DNA of 64,000 bases from a virus. Lineage: Duplodnaviria > Caudoviricetes. Location: positions 72 through 64,071 of IMG/VR virus record IMGVR_UViG_2828341930_000001, one strand, 5' to 3'. The notes under the pieces are model-generated. The model did not search any database. It had not been told where the DNA came from and saw only the letters and a program-made list of their open reading frames with translations. The translations under genes and the position numbers were made by a program. Shown piece by piece: positions 18,091-28,366 of this stretch; within the stretch, counting starts at the first letter, position 1; every line of letters begins with the position of its first letter.

Positions 18091-20248
18091 ACGCTTCCCA
18101 CACATGGCGAGCGGCAAGGCCGTCTTCCTCGCCGGTGTCATTGAGGGGGCCCAGCCCCCGAAACTGCGCCCGGTGCCGCAGTGGGCGCAGGAAGTGCGCA
18201 TGGTGGGTGCCGAAAGCGGCAGCGTGTACGCCCGGGGCAAGGACGTGAAATGGACCAACGACCGGGCACCCCATTTGGTGGAGGTCATGGAATGCCTGTC
18301 CATGGCGGACCCCAGCACGGAAGTGACCTTCACCGGCAGCGCGCAGATCGCCAAGACGGAGGCGGGCCTAAACCTTGTCGGCCAGATCATCGATGAGGAC
18401 CCCAGCCCCATCCTGATCCTCCTGCCCAGCCTGTCTGAACAACAGAAATACGTTCAGATCAAGCTTCAGACCACCATCGACGCGACGGCCGTCCTGCGGG
18501 AGAAGGTCAGGGCGAACAAGAGCCGGGACGCGGACAGCTCCACCCAAACCACGAAGCGCTTCAAGGGCGGTTATGCCGTCATCGCGACGGCCAGCAGTTC
18601 GAAAGCGCTGCAAATGGTCAGCTATCGCATCGTCATCGGGGAGGAAATCTCCGAATGGCCGGTGGACGTCGGCGGCCGTGGCGACCCGCTGGACCAGGCT
18701 CTGGCCCGCACCGTCACGTATCAGGACACCATCGGGGCCAAGTGCTATTGGGTGGCCACGCCCGGCATCAAGGGGCGGTGCCGCGTCACCGCCAAATACG
18801 AGGCTGGGGACCAGCGCCGCCGCTACGTCGAGTGCCCGCACTGCGGCGCGTTGCAGCGGTTGGAAATGGAGAACATGCGGGCGCGCCGGTCCACTGCCCC
18901 TTACGGCGCCTACTTCATCTGCGCGTCGGGGAATGGCTGCGTTATCGAGGCGACCGACAAGGACAGCATTTTGCGCCGCGGGGTATGGCTGAAAACCTAC
19001 CCGTCCAGCCCCACGGGGGATGATCCTGCGAACGACAATGGTGAGGATATTGGCGCCCCGGGCATCGTGGTGCTGCCCGCGCAGTTGTCCGCCTATCGCG
19101 GACGCTCATCCTGCGGACGCCAGCCGTCGTTCCATATCTGGCAGGCCTACGCCCTGAACGTCAGTTGGGACTCCGTCTGGGGTCGCCGCCTGAAAGCCGA
19201 GAAGGGCGACGACAGGGAAAAGAAGGCCTATTCGCAGCAGGTGCTGGGCGTGGCCTGGGAAGAAAAGGGGGACGCGCCGGACGCTGAAAAGCTGGCGGCC
19301 CTGGTCGAAGACTACCCCTTGCGCACCCTGCCCCCGGGCGCCCTGTTCTCCACGCTGTTCTGTGACGTCCAAGGGTATGGGCTGAAATGGGATGCCTACG
19401 GCTGGGGGCGGGACTTCGAGTGCTGGCACGTCGACGGCGGCACCATTGAGGGCGACCCTACCCAGGATGCGGTATGGGCGGAGCTGGCGAACGTCGTTCG
19501 CCGCCCCCTCATGGACAGCTTCGGTCAGCATTGGCCCTTGGACGCGGCGGGCGTGGACACCGGCTACATCTCGCATCGGGTCTATCGCTTCGTGCGGGAT
19601 CAAAAGCGGGCCGGCTTCGACAAGATGTTCGCCACCGATGGCCGGGGCGGAGAGAAGAACAGCGTCATGCCGCCCCTTGGCAAGCCTAAAAAGGTCAAGA
19701 TCACCTTCCAAGGCAAGACCATGGGCAGCACCCTGCTGTGGCCCGTGGGCACTTGGGGGCAGAAATTGGAGCTTTACGGCGCCCTGAACCGCCGTTTGCG
19801 GGCCGCCAAGAGCCCCCTGGACCCCCAGGGCCAGCCCTGGAAGGGCTTGCCCCATTTCGGCACCTACTGCGACCTGTCGTTTTTCCAGGAGTTGACGGCC
19901 GAAAGCCTGATCACCCACGAAAACGGGGATCGGGAGTGGAAGAAGCACCGCACCAACGATCGCTTGGACTGCTTCGTGGGTGCCCGCGCCCTGGCTGCCC
20001 ATTTGGTCGATGAAATGAGCATGAATGAGGACAAATGGGACGCCCTGGCGGCGGCCCGCCGTCCCCGCGAGGTGCAGGGGGACCTGCTGAGCCTGCCGGT
20101 CCGCATCAAGGTGGCCGCATCACCATCCGTGCCGCCGCCAGGAGCCGACCAACCTCCCCCATCATCGTCCGCCCCACCCGCCGCCGTCTCTCAACCGACC
20201 AGGCGGCGCACAAGTCGTTCTTCCTCCTTCATGAACCGGGGGGCCTGA
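18071..20248 (+). CDS. Terminase large subunit, lambda gpA family
   Basis: GSAQIAKTE, IGEEISEW, ATPGIKG, CPHC, FCDVQ, VDTGY, NDRLDCFV. Confidence 0.95.
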   Translation: MSLALAERFPHMASGKAVFLAGVIEGAQPPKLRPVPQWAQEVRMVGAESGSVYARGKDVKWTNDRAPHLVEVMECLSMADPSTEVTFTGSAQIAKTEAGLNLVGQIIDEDPSPILILLPSLSEQQKYVQIKLQTTIDATAVLREKVRANKSRDADSSTQTTKRFKGGYAVIATASSSKALQMVSYRIVIGEEISEWPVDVGGRGDPLDQALARTVTYQDTIGAKCYWVATPGIKGRCRVTAKYEAGDQRRRYVECPHCGALQRLEMENMRARRSTAPYGAYFICASGNGCVIEATDKDSILRRGVWLKTYPSSPTGDDPANDNGEDIGAPGIVVLPAQLSAYRGRSSCGRQPSFHIWQAYALNVSWDSVWGRRLKAEKGDDREKKAYSQQVLGVAWEEKGDAPDAEKLAALVEDYPLRTLPPGALFSTLFCDVQGYGLKWDAYGWGRDFECWHVDGGTIEGDPTQDAVWAELANVVRRPLMDSFGQHWPLDAAGVDTGYISHRVYRFVRDQKRAGFDKMFATDGRGGEKNSVMPPLGKPKKVKITFQGKTMGSTLLWPVGTWGQKLELYGALNRRLRAAKSPLDPQGQPWKGLPHFGTYCDLSFFQELTAESLITHENGDREWKKHRTNDRLDCFVGARALAAHLVDEMSMNEDKWDALAAARRPREVQGDLLSLPVRIKVAASPSVPPPGADQPPPSSSAPPAAVSQPTRRRTSRSSSFMNRGA

Positions 20249-20249
20249 C

Positions 20250-20447
20250 ATGGCATTCACGAAAGACGACGCGGACGCCATCCGGCGCCTGCGCAAGGGT
20301 GGCGTCGCCCGGGTCCGGCAAGGTGATGAGGACATCCTCTATCGGTCGGACGATGAACTGCGGCGGTTGCAGAAGGAGATGGAAGCCGAGGCGGCCCCTG
20401 CCCCGGCGGCCCGCACGGTACGGATCCGTGCGCGGAGCGGCTGGTGA
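20250..20447 (+). CDS. Head-tail joining protein gpW-like
   Basis: GVARVRQGDEDILYRSDDEL; position. Confidence 0.8.
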   Translation: MAFTKDDADAIRRLRKGGVARVRQGDEDILYRSDDELRRLQKEMEAEAAPAPAARTVRIRARSGW

Positions 20448-21985
20448 TGGCGCCTCCCATGCGCCTGCGCGCCCGGGTGAAGGGGACCGACATGTATGTC
20501 GACGCCACCTATCCCCAAGCCATGGCGAACACGCCCATGGGCGGCTCCGCCTCCGCCCCCTACCAGACAGCGGGGCGCGGCCCCCGGTCGCGCGCTTGGC
20601 GCGCCCCCGGTATCGGGCCGAACGCGGCCTTGGATTATTCCGCCGGCACCCTGCGTCGTCAGACGCGGGAGCTGATGCGGCAAAACCCCACCGCCCGGAC
20701 CATCCGCGACCGCCTCACCTCAAACGTCGTCGGCACCGGCATCGTCCCGGAAATCGCGGACGAAGCGGTCAAGGTGGCGTTCAATGCATGGACCGATGAC
20801 TGCGCGCTGGATGGCACCCTGGATTTCTACGGCATCCAGGATCAGGCATTTGCCGCCGTGGTCGAGGCGGGTGAGGTGTTGGTTCGCTTCCGTCTGGTCG
20901 ACAACGCCATACCCGGAACCGTGCCGCTCCGCCTCCAGGTGTTGGAAGCGGAGTATCTGACCACCGAAAGGAATGAGGATCTGGGGGGCGGCGCCTACAT
21001 TCGCCAGGGCGTGGAGTTCAATGGCCAGGGCCAGCGGGTGGCCTACTGGCTATGGCCGACCCATCCCGAGGATTTGAGCCCCGGTACCTACAACTTTACC
21101 CCCACCCGTGTCCCCGCCTCGGAAATCATCCATCTGTTCCGCCCCGACCGGCCGGGGCAGATCCGGGGTATCACCTGGCTGGCATCGATCCTGGGGCTGT
21201 TGAAGGACATCGCCGAATACAACGATGCCGAAGTGGTGCGGAAAAAGGTGGCCGCCCTGTTCGTCGGCTTCGTCAAGCGACCCTTTCCCAAGGATGGGGT
21301 GGACAGTGACGACCTGGTCAAGATGTTCGGCGCCGCGGCCGCCGTCTCTGACGACAATGTCGGGAATGTGGAAATGGAGCCCGGCTCCCTCCAGTTCCTG
21401 GACCCCGGTGAGGAAATCGAGTTCGCCGAACCGGCGGACGTCGGCAACCAGTATGCCGAATTCCTGAAACAGCAGTGGCAGTCCATCGCCGCCGCCATGG
21501 GCATCCTCTATGAGCAGCTGCGCGGCGACTATGCCAGCGGCAATGACCGTCTGTACCGCGCCGCGATCAATGAATTCAAACGCCGCATCCGCCAGCTGCA
21601 GCACCACTTGATGGTGTTTCAGCTATGCCGCCCGGTGTGGAACCGGTGGGTGCTGGTGGCCAAGCTGGTGGGCGTCATTCCGGCCGACTACGTCGGTTCC
21701 GCCGTGCCCTGGCTGCCCGAGGAATGGCCCTACATCAACCCCTTGCAGGACGTTCAGGCGACCCTGGCGGAAATCCGGGGTGGCATCAACAGCCGCACCC
21801 GCGCCGCCGCCGCCCGGCGCAGCAGCGCTGCCGAAATCGACGCGGAAAACGCCCGGGATCAGACCCGCGCGGCGGGCATGGGGCTGGTTTATGACGCCAA
21901 TGCCCGCCAGGTCGACAACCGGGGCCAGATGCAGCCCGAGGCCGCCCCCGAGGTGGATGATCCCGAACCCGAGGACAAGCCATGA
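20444..21985 (+). CDS. Portal protein, lambda family
   Basis: RELMRQNP, GVEFNGQGQRVAYWL, RPGQIRGITWLA, YEQLRGDY, INPLQDVQA. Confidence 0.95.
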   Translation: MMAPPMRLRARVKGTDMYVDATYPQAMANTPMGGSASAPYQTAGRGPRSRAWRAPGIGPNAALDYSAGTLRRQTRELMRQNPTARTIRDRLTSNVVGTGIVPEIADEAVKVAFNAWTDDCALDGTLDFYGIQDQAFAAVVEAGEVLVRFRLVDNAIPGTVPLRLQVLEAEYLTTERNEDLGGGAYIRQGVEFNGQGQRVAYWLWPTHPEDLSPGTYNFTPTRVPASEIIHLFRPDRPGQIRGITWLASILGLLKDIAEYNDAEVVRKKVAALFVGFVKRPFPKDGVDSDDLVKMFGAAAAVSDDNVGNVEMEPGSLQFLDPGEEIEFAEPADVGNQYAEFLKQQWQSIAAAMGILYEQLRGDYASGNDRLYRAAINEFKRRIRQLQHHLMVFQLCRPVWNRWVLVAKLVGVIPADYVGSAVPWLPEEWPYINPLQDVQATLAEIRGGINSRTRAAAARRSSAAEIDAENARDQTRAAGMGLVYDANARQVDNRGQMQPEAAPEVDDPEPEDKP

Positions 21986-23538
21986 GTGCCTTGAGCTTCC
22001 GCCTTGCGGAATACATCTCCGGCCTGACCCTGTGCATGGAGCCTGGTCGCGCCCGCGCCGCGCTGCTGGTGCTGGCGCCCCGCCTGGGTATGTCCGTTCG
22101 CACCGACAGCGCCCCGGCGGAAGATGGCGCCACCCTTGCGGCGCAGGCCAGAAGCGCCCGGGAAGCGTCATTGACCCTGGCGGGGGCGGTCGAGACGGTT
22201 GAGGTGGGTGACGGGCTGGGCGAATATGCCCTGACGGAGGATGGCATGGCCATCGTCTCCATCGCCGGTACCCTCGTTTCCCGTTTCGGCTTCCTGGACG
22301 CGGCTTGCGGCCTGACCAGCTATGAGAGCCTGAACGCCACGGCGGACGCACTGGCGCAAGATCCCCGTGTCGGCGGCGTCATGCTGGACGTGAACAGCGG
22401 CGGCGGTGTCGCCAATGGCATGCTGGACACCGCAGACGCGTTCCGCGCCCTGGACGGTATAAAGCCCGTGTTTGGGTATGCGAATTCCGTCGCCGGATCG
22501 GCCGCCTACGGCTTGATCGCGTCGGGTTCCCGGGTGTTTCTGCCCCGCATGGCCCTGGTGGGCAGCATCGGGGCGATGACCGTCCATATCGACCAAAGCG
22601 CTGCGGATGCGGCGCGCGGCCTGGCCTATACCGCTTTGTTCGCCGGAGATTACAAGGTGGATGGGTGGGATCACGCGCCCCTTGCCGATGATGCGCGCGT
22701 CCGGATCATGGCGCGCATCACCTCCGTCCGCGATCAATTCGCGCAAAGCGTGGCCACCCATCGCGGACTGTCGTTGGAAGCGGTGCTGGACACCAAGGCC
22801 GGCGTGCTTCTCGACCACGACGCCGTTTCCAGCGGTCTGGCGGACGACGTCCTTGTGTTCGCGGATGCCATGGATGCCTTGCGCCAAGAGGTTCGCGCCC
22901 GCGCCACCAACCGAACCACCGTGCCGTCCGCTGGCGGCCAAGCCCCCGCGAACGCCGTTCGCCCCAGAGACAAGGAGATCATCATGGGCCTGCCGAAGAC
23001 CCGCGCGCCTGGCAAGGGCGTCCGCCCCATCAAGACGGAAACTGCTGTCGAGCCCCCGGAGGACAATCCGGCTGAGGATGAGGCCACGCCCGGTGGCGCG
23101 GACGGGGACGAAACCGAAGGCGCCGATGGCGAAGGTGAGGACGGGGATGAGGGTGCCGCCGAAAAGGTGACGGCGGCCCGTACCGAGGCCGCCGAAATTG
23201 TCGCCGCTTGCGTCCAGGCCGGTGCACCCCAGTTGGCGGCGGGCTTCATCAGCGCCGGCACGCCCTTGACCACGGTCAAGGCCAAGCTGGACACCGCGTC
23301 CAGCATCCGGGCCCTGGTGGCGGACGCCGCCAAGGCCTCGCCCAACATCAGGGCGGACGCCGCGGAGGCCCTGATCGGGGCCGGTGCCACCCTGGCGGAA
23401 GCGCGCAAGTCCATCCTGGACGCGATGCTGACGGGCCAGGCCCCCGCCATCCGCTCCGCCGCGCCGGATCCAGTCAAGAAAGTGGGCGCCGCCATCGACG
23501 TTGCGGCCATTTATGCCCGCGCCAATCGCCTGAAATAA
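21982..23538 (+). CDS. S49 head maturation protease/scaffold (gpC-like)
   Basis: LDVNSGGG, AGSAAYG, VGSIG; acidic linker and helical C-terminal scaffold. Confidence 0.92.
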   Translation: MSALSFRLAEYISGLTLCMEPGRARAALLVLAPRLGMSVRTDSAPAEDGATLAAQARSAREASLTLAGAVETVEVGDGLGEYALTEDGMAIVSIAGTLVSRFGFLDAACGLTSYESLNATADALAQDPRVGGVMLDVNSGGGVANGMLDTADAFRALDGIKPVFGYANSVAGSAAYGLIASGSRVFLPRMALVGSIGAMTVHIDQSAADAARGLAYTALFAGDYKVDGWDHAPLADDARVRIMARITSVRDQFAQSVATHRGLSLEAVLDTKAGVLLDHDAVSSGLADDVLVFADAMDALRQEVRARATNRTTVPSAGGQAPANAVRPRDKEIIMGLPKTRAPGKGVRPIKTETAVEPPEDNPAEDEATPGGADGDETEGADGEGEDGDEGAAEKVTAARTEAAEIVAACVQAGAPQLAAGFISAGTPLTTVKAKLDTASSIRALVADAAKASPNIRADAAEALIGAGATLAEARKSILDAMLTGQAPAIRSAAPDPVKKVGAAIDVAAIYARANRLK

Positions 23539-23571
23539 CCGCTTGCCACCCTAGAAACGGAGTACGCCCTT

Positions 23572-23949
23572 ATGCCCACCGTGTTCACCGAAGGCATGCA
23601 CCCCGGGGAATTCCTGGTGTCCGAAGCCAATGGCCGCCTGTCGCGCGACGTCGTGACGTTGGCGCAAACATCCATCACCTACCAGTCCGGCTCCGTACTG
23701 GCGTGGGCCACCGATATCTCGAAATGGGTGCATTACGCCGAAAGCGGCACGCACGGGACCGATACCGCCGGGGCCATCAACTATGCCCGGGTCGATGCCT
23801 CAGGCGGCGACAAACAGGCGACGGTTATCGCGCGACTGGCGGAAGTGAACGGCGCACAGCTCAGCTTCCTGCCCGGCACCACCACCAATGGCAAGGCGGC
23901 GGCGGCGGTTGACCTGATCGCCGCGCCCCATCTCATCGCCGTTCGCTAA
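23572..23949 (+). CDS. Head decoration protein (gpD-like)
   Basis: HPGEFLVSEANGRLSRD...GSVLA. Confidence 0.85.
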   Translation: MPTVFTEGMHPGEFLVSEANGRLSRDVVTLAQTSITYQSGSVLAWATDISKWVHYAESGTHGTDTAGAINYARVDASGGDKQATVIARLAEVNGAQLSFLPGTTTNGKAAAAVDLIAAPHLIAVR

Positions 23950-24008
23950 ACCTACGCGCATTCATGCCCCTCGCCGGGGCTTGGCGCCAACCCCTGAGGG
24001 AGCTTCCC

Positions 24009-25064
24009 ATGCCCGATTTGACCATGGACATCTTCAACGGTGACGCGTTTTCCAACGTGACCATGACCAACTACGTCAACACCAACGTGCCCTTTCAGCC
24101 TTCCTTCCTGGGCTCCCTGGGTATGTTCAACGCCGAAGGGGTCTACTCAACCCAGGTCGCCTTCGATGATGAGGATGGCGCCCTGACGCTGATCAGTGCC
24201 ACGGAACGTGGCGGCCCGGCCGAACAGTCGCAGAACACGAAGGGCACCCTTCGTGTGCTAAGCACGGTACGTCTGGCCCGTGAGGCGGTGATCAAAGCGG
24301 ATGAGGTGGCGGGCGTGCGCGTCCTGGGCACCGCCGGACAGCTTCAGACGGCGGAGCGCCTTGTGTACAAGCGCGTCGAAGGCCCCGTGGGGCTGCGCGC
24401 GGCGTTGGAGTACACCAAGGAATATCATCGCCTGGGTGCCATCGACGGTATCGTTTATGACGCGAACGGCACCAAGGTGTTGTGGGACTACTTCGTCCAT
24501 TACGGCGTGGCGCGTCCTGCGGCAGTCAACTTCGCTTTCAGTTCCTATACTGGCGAAGATCGCGCCTTCGGCAAGGCGTGCACCGCCCTGCGCCGCCTGG
24601 CCACGAAAGCACTGAACGGCTTCCCTCTGACGGCGGCCATGCCTATCGCGCTATGCGGCGACGGCTTCTATGACGACGCCTGGAGCAACAAGGAAACCGC
24701 AAAGGCGGCGCAGGTGGCGGCCACGGGCAATCTACAGGCCCCGGAATTGATTAGCAGGAACGAAGCCTTCGACAGTTTCAAGTACGGCGGCATTGTCTGG
24801 GTGAACTATCGCGGTAGCGATGACGGCAAGGTGGCAATTCCGACCGACGAAGCGCGCTTCTTCTATGCTGGGGTTCCTGGCCTGTTCAATGAGTACAACG
24901 CCCCGGCCGACACTTGGGATTTCGTGAATACCGAAGGCTTGCCCGTCTACATGCTTCAGCGTCCGGAAAATCAGACGTCCAGCCGCAGGACCTTTGAAGT
25001 CCAGGCCAATCCCCTGCAACTCTGCCTGCGCCCGCTGCACATGCGCCGTCTGACCAAGAGCTGA
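24009..25064 (+). CDS. Major capsid protein E
   Basis: MDIFNGDAFS...TKEYHRLGAIDG...EVQANPLQLCLRP. Confidence 0.92.
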   Translation: MPDLTMDIFNGDAFSNVTMTNYVNTNVPFQPSFLGSLGMFNAEGVYSTQVAFDDEDGALTLISATERGGPAEQSQNTKGTLRVLSTVRLAREAVIKADEVAGVRVLGTAGQLQTAERLVYKRVEGPVGLRAALEYTKEYHRLGAIDGIVYDANGTKVLWDYFVHYGVARPAAVNFAFSSYTGEDRAFGKACTALRRLATKALNGFPLTAAMPIALCGDGFYDDAWSNKETAKAAQVAATGNLQAPELISRNEAFDSFKYGGIVWVNYRGSDDGKVAIPTDEARFFYAGVPGLFNEYNAPADTWDFVNTEGLPVYMLQRPENQTSSRRTFEVQANPLQLCLRPLHMRRLTKS

Positions 25065-25090
25065 CCCCGCCCCCTGCCTTACTGCCCCCA

Positions 25091-25131
25091 CCGAAGGCCC
25101 CGAACCGCTCCCCAGCGGCCGGGGCCTTCGG
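25091..25131 (+). terminator. Stem-loop after capsid gene
   Basis: CCGAAGGCCCCG/CGGGGCCTTCGG 12 bp stem, no clear U tract. Confidence 0.5.
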
Positions 25132-25166
25132 CTATCTGCCCTTTGCTTACCATCCGGTGATCGCCC

Positions 25167-25484
25167 ATGCCCGACGTCTTCGACATTGCCCTGGGCAGCC
25201 TGTACGCGGACCCGAACCTGGGTTATGGCGGCGTCTACACCCCCGATGGCGGTGCGCCCCAGGCCGTGCGGGTGCTGTGGGCTCAGCCGGACAAGGATTA
25301 CTCGTTCCCCAACGGCGGCGGCGTCACCGCCAGGGCCACCGTCGCCCGCATCCGCGTTGCCGAGCTGGCCGCTGCCGCCAAGGGCGATGTCCTGGTGGTC
25401 GACGGCGCATCCTATCTGGTCGAAAAGCCGACCCGCCCCACCAAACGGCGGCGGGAATGGTACTTGGAACTGTCGCCGCTATGA
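25167..25484 (+). CDS. Head-tail adaptor (gpFII-like)
   Basis: Position; AKGDVLVVDGASYLV beta-barrel pattern. Confidence 0.7.
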   Translation: MPDVFDIALGSLYADPNLGYGGVYTPDGGAPQAVRVLWAQPDKDYSFPNGGGVTARATVARIRVAELAAAAKGDVLVVDGASYLVEKPTRPTKRRREWYLELSPL

Positions 25485-26002
25485 CCGATCCGTCGCCCCG
25501 CCTCACCGTCCGGGAACAGCTTATCCGCTACGTGCTGGGGCATCTGCTGCCCAGGGTGCTGCCCGAAAACATGGCGGACACCATCAAGATTTATCGCGCC
25601 CGTGCCGACACCATCCTGGAAAGCGATCTGAGTGACGGCGCGACCGGCGCGCCTGATGATGCCGCCGCCCTGAACCTGGTGGTGTTGAAGGGCCCGCCCT
25701 CCGAACAGGTGTCCGCCGCCGTCCAGCGCAATCACCTGGTGCTGTCCGTCCTGGCGACGGTCCGCCGCAAGGGAAAATCGGCTGATGCCGATGTGGACGC
25801 CGCACTGGCGGACCTGGGCCCCGCTATACAGCAGGAATTCGAGCGTGACCCCACCCTGGGTGACCTGGCCGTCGACACGGTGGAGGTGGAGGTGGACCAG
25901 GACCCGCCCATCACCGGTGCCGCCCGCGTGGCACAGGTCTTCGTGACCGTCCAAGTGGAGTATTGGACCCGGCCGGGTGACCAATACGCCCTCGCCCCCT
26001 GA
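25481..26002 (+). CDS. Tail terminator (gpU-like)
   Basis: Position; DPTLGDLAVD...VTVQVEYWT. Confidence 0.7.
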   Translation: MTDPSPRLTVREQLIRYVLGHLLPRVLPENMADTIKIYRARADTILESDLSDGATGAPDDAAALNLVVLKGPPSEQVSAAVQRNHLVLSVLATVRRKGKSADADVDAALADLGPAIQQEFERDPTLGDLAVDTVEVEVDQDPPITGAARVAQVFVTVQVEYWTRPGDQYALAP

Positions 26003-26028
26003 CCCGGCGCCCCACCGGAGCATCCCCT

Positions 26029-26247
26029 ATGACAGCCCCAGACCAGTCCCCCGCCCTTCCGGCGGGCCGGGACGCCGCGACCTATTACCTGGACGGCGAC
26101 GGCTATTCCGCCACCCCGCCGGTTGCCCCCGACCCTGGCCCCGCCATCCCCACCGCCCCGAACGCCGTTCGCGACACCACCCCGCCCCCGGATGCCCCGG
26201 CGGCCCCGCCCGCCGATGACACGGCCGGCGGCAGCACGAAGGAGTAA
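26029..26247 (+). CDS. Small Pro-rich hypothetical
   Basis: GGAG RBS, fits operon. Confidence 0.55.
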   Translation: MTAPDQSPALPAGRDAATYYLDGDGYSATPPVAPDPGPAIPTAPNAVRDTTPPPDAPAAPPADDTAGGSTKE

Positions 26248-26253
26248 CCCCCC

Positions 26254-27423
26254 ATGGCCCTTGTTATGCGTGCCCGCAATTCCGTCGTCCTGGCGAAGGT
26301 GGAAACCACCGCCGGCACCGATGCCGCCCCCGTGGCCGGCACGGATGAGGTGCTGGTGGAAAACCTGTCCATCAGCTTCAACGCCAACAACATCCAAACC
26401 CATGAGGTCACCGGCGGGCTGGACAGCCTGGACGATATCGTGGGCGGCCTGAACGGCCAGATCAGCTTTGACGTCTATCTGAAGGGCAGCGGCACTCCCG
26501 GCACCGCGCCTGAGTTCGGCAAGTTGCTCAAGGCCTGTCAGTTCAGTGAAATCGTCACCGCCGCCGCCGTGGGCGCCCCCACCGCCATCAGCGCCGGCAC
26601 CACCACCACGGCCACGCTCGCGGCGCCCTTCGCCGCGACGGCGCAGCTGTACCGCTACATGCCCCTGATGATCAGCGGCGCCCCGTCCAGCGCCCTGTCC
26701 TTCATCAGCGACTACACCGTGGGCCGTGTCGCGACCCTGACGGACACCTTGGGCGCGGCCCTGACAACGTCCGCCCTGGTCCAGGTGCCGGTCAACGTCC
26801 TCTACCTGCCGTCCAGCGGCGCGCAGACCTACCTGACGCAATACGTCTACATGGACCAGCTGCTGTGGAAATTCGTCGGCTGCTGCGGCACCGTGAAATT
26901 CGATTTCAGCAGCGGCCAGGCGGTGAAGATGTCCTTCACCTTCTCCGGCCTGTTCGTCAGCAAGACGACGGCGTCCGCCCCGGCCGCCGCCAACCTGAAC
27001 TATCAGACCACCCGTCCGGTGTCGTGGCGTGGCGGCGTGGGTGGCGCCTTCACCCTGGGGTCCAACCTCATCTCCGGCAAACAGATGACGCTGGACGTGG
27101 GCAACACCGTGGTCTTCCCCGACGATCCCAACGCGCAGGACGGCTACGGCATCCCCATCATCACTGAACGCCGCACCACCGGCCAGCTGAACGTCAACGA
27201 GGCGCTGATCGCCACCCGCGACCTGATGACCGATTTCCGGGCAGGCACCAAGCGCAGCCTGCACGCCCGCGGCGGCACGGTGGCGGGCAACCGCTGGGCC
27301 TGCACCATGGGCGCCAACCAAATCCTGAGTGATCAGCCCAGCAACGACAGCGGCAAGCTGATGGCCCAAAACCAGTTCAAAACGGCCATCGCCGATGGTG
27401 GCATGGGCCTCTGTTTCTACTGA
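26254..27423 (+). CDS. Major tail tube protein
   Basis: RNSVVLAKVETTAGTDA..., LLKAC, KMSFTFSG. Confidence 0.8.
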   Translation: MALVMRARNSVVLAKVETTAGTDAAPVAGTDEVLVENLSISFNANNIQTHEVTGGLDSLDDIVGGLNGQISFDVYLKGSGTPGTAPEFGKLLKACQFSEIVTAAAVGAPTAISAGTTTTATLAAPFAATAQLYRYMPLMISGAPSSALSFISDYTVGRVATLTDTLGAALTTSALVQVPVNVLYLPSSGAQTYLTQYVYMDQLLWKFVGCCGTVKFDFSSGQAVKMSFTFSGLFVSKTTASAPAAANLNYQTTRPVSWRGGVGGAFTLGSNLISGKQMTLDVGNTVVFPDDPNAQDGYGIPIITERRTTGQLNVNEALIATRDLMTDFRAGTKRSLHARGGTVAGNRWACTMGANQILSDQPSNDSGKLMAQNQFKTAIADGGMGLCFY

Positions 27424-27430
27424 CCCCGGC

Positions 27431-27542
27431 TCAGGGCCGCCGGAAAGACTGCCTGCCCAACTTGGGCAGGCAGTCTTTGCATCCGCGTCCGCTGCTGGCG
27501 GCCCTGACGGCGGGCGGCGTTTGATCGGGAGCGCCGCCCGCC
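27431..27542. repeat. Nested inverted repeats in tube-chaperone spacer
   Basis: Perfect 17 bp arms AAAGACTGCCTGCCCAA/TTGGGCAGGCAGTCTTT inside an 11 bp outer stem, then a second 12 bp hairpin. Confidence 0.75.
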
Positions 27543-27595
27543 CCTTTCCCATCCCGATCCCCCATCCCGATATCCCGATCAAAGGACACCCCGCC

Positions 27596-28366
27596 ATGGC
27601 CATGCGCGCCCGGGTCGACAGCCCCTTGCCCGTCACCACCGATCAACCGTTCCGCTTCTGCCCCGCCCGCGAGGAACTGGACGCCCTCCGTGCCCAGGCC
27701 GCCGCCCTGGACAAACAGGACGCGGACCCCGCGCCCGCCGATGGTCCGGACGCCCCGCCCCCAGATGCGGACGCGGTGTCGGGCCAGGCCCGCGCCCTGG
27801 CCGACAGGATCGAGGCGCTGGAGGCCAAGGTGGACACCGCCCCCGTCTATCTGATCCGCGTGGGCGGCTTCCCCGACCGCGCCAAGTGGCGGCGGTTGCT
27901 GGCGGAGCACAACGCCATGTCCCCGGCGCCGCAACAGCTGGTGGCGGCCCTGCGGGAGGTGGTGGATACCAAGATCGTGGCGGAGGACCGGCCCGCCTGG
28001 CATGAGCTGATCGCTCGCGTCACCGACATCACCCTGATCCCCAATGGCGATGACGCGGAAGGCGTCAAGCATTGGATGGAAGACCTGGCCAGCTATGCCG
28101 ACCTGCAAGAGGTGGCCAAGGAACACAGCCCCCGCTTCCTGAAGCTGTCCGCGCAAAAGCAGTTCAGCGACGAAACCGCCCCCACCCTGGCCTGTCAGAT
28201 GTTCCTGGTGGGGGTGGAAAACCGCGACGACGTGCCCTTCGCCCGCGACGGGAAAGGCCTGGTCAGCGACGCCACCTTGCGCGCCCTGGGGAGCGAAACC
28301 GTCGCCACCATCGGCGCCAAGGCCCGTGACCTGCTGTTCCTAGACAAGGCGCTGGAAAAAAACTGA
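27596..28366 (+). CDS. Tail assembly chaperone (gpG-like)
   Basis: Follows tube gene; ends on slippery A AAA AAC. Confidence 0.7.
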   Translation: MAMRARVDSPLPVTTDQPFRFCPAREELDALRAQAAALDKQDADPAPADGPDAPPPDADAVSGQARALADRIEALEAKVDTAPVYLIRVGGFPDRAKWRRLLAEHNAMSPAPQQLVAALREVVDTKIVAEDRPAWHELIARVTDITLIPNGDDAEGVKHWMEDLASYADLQEVAKEHSPRFLKLSAQKQFSDETAPTLACQMFLVGVENRDDVPFARDGKGLVSDATLRALGSETVATIGAKARDLLFLDKALEKN

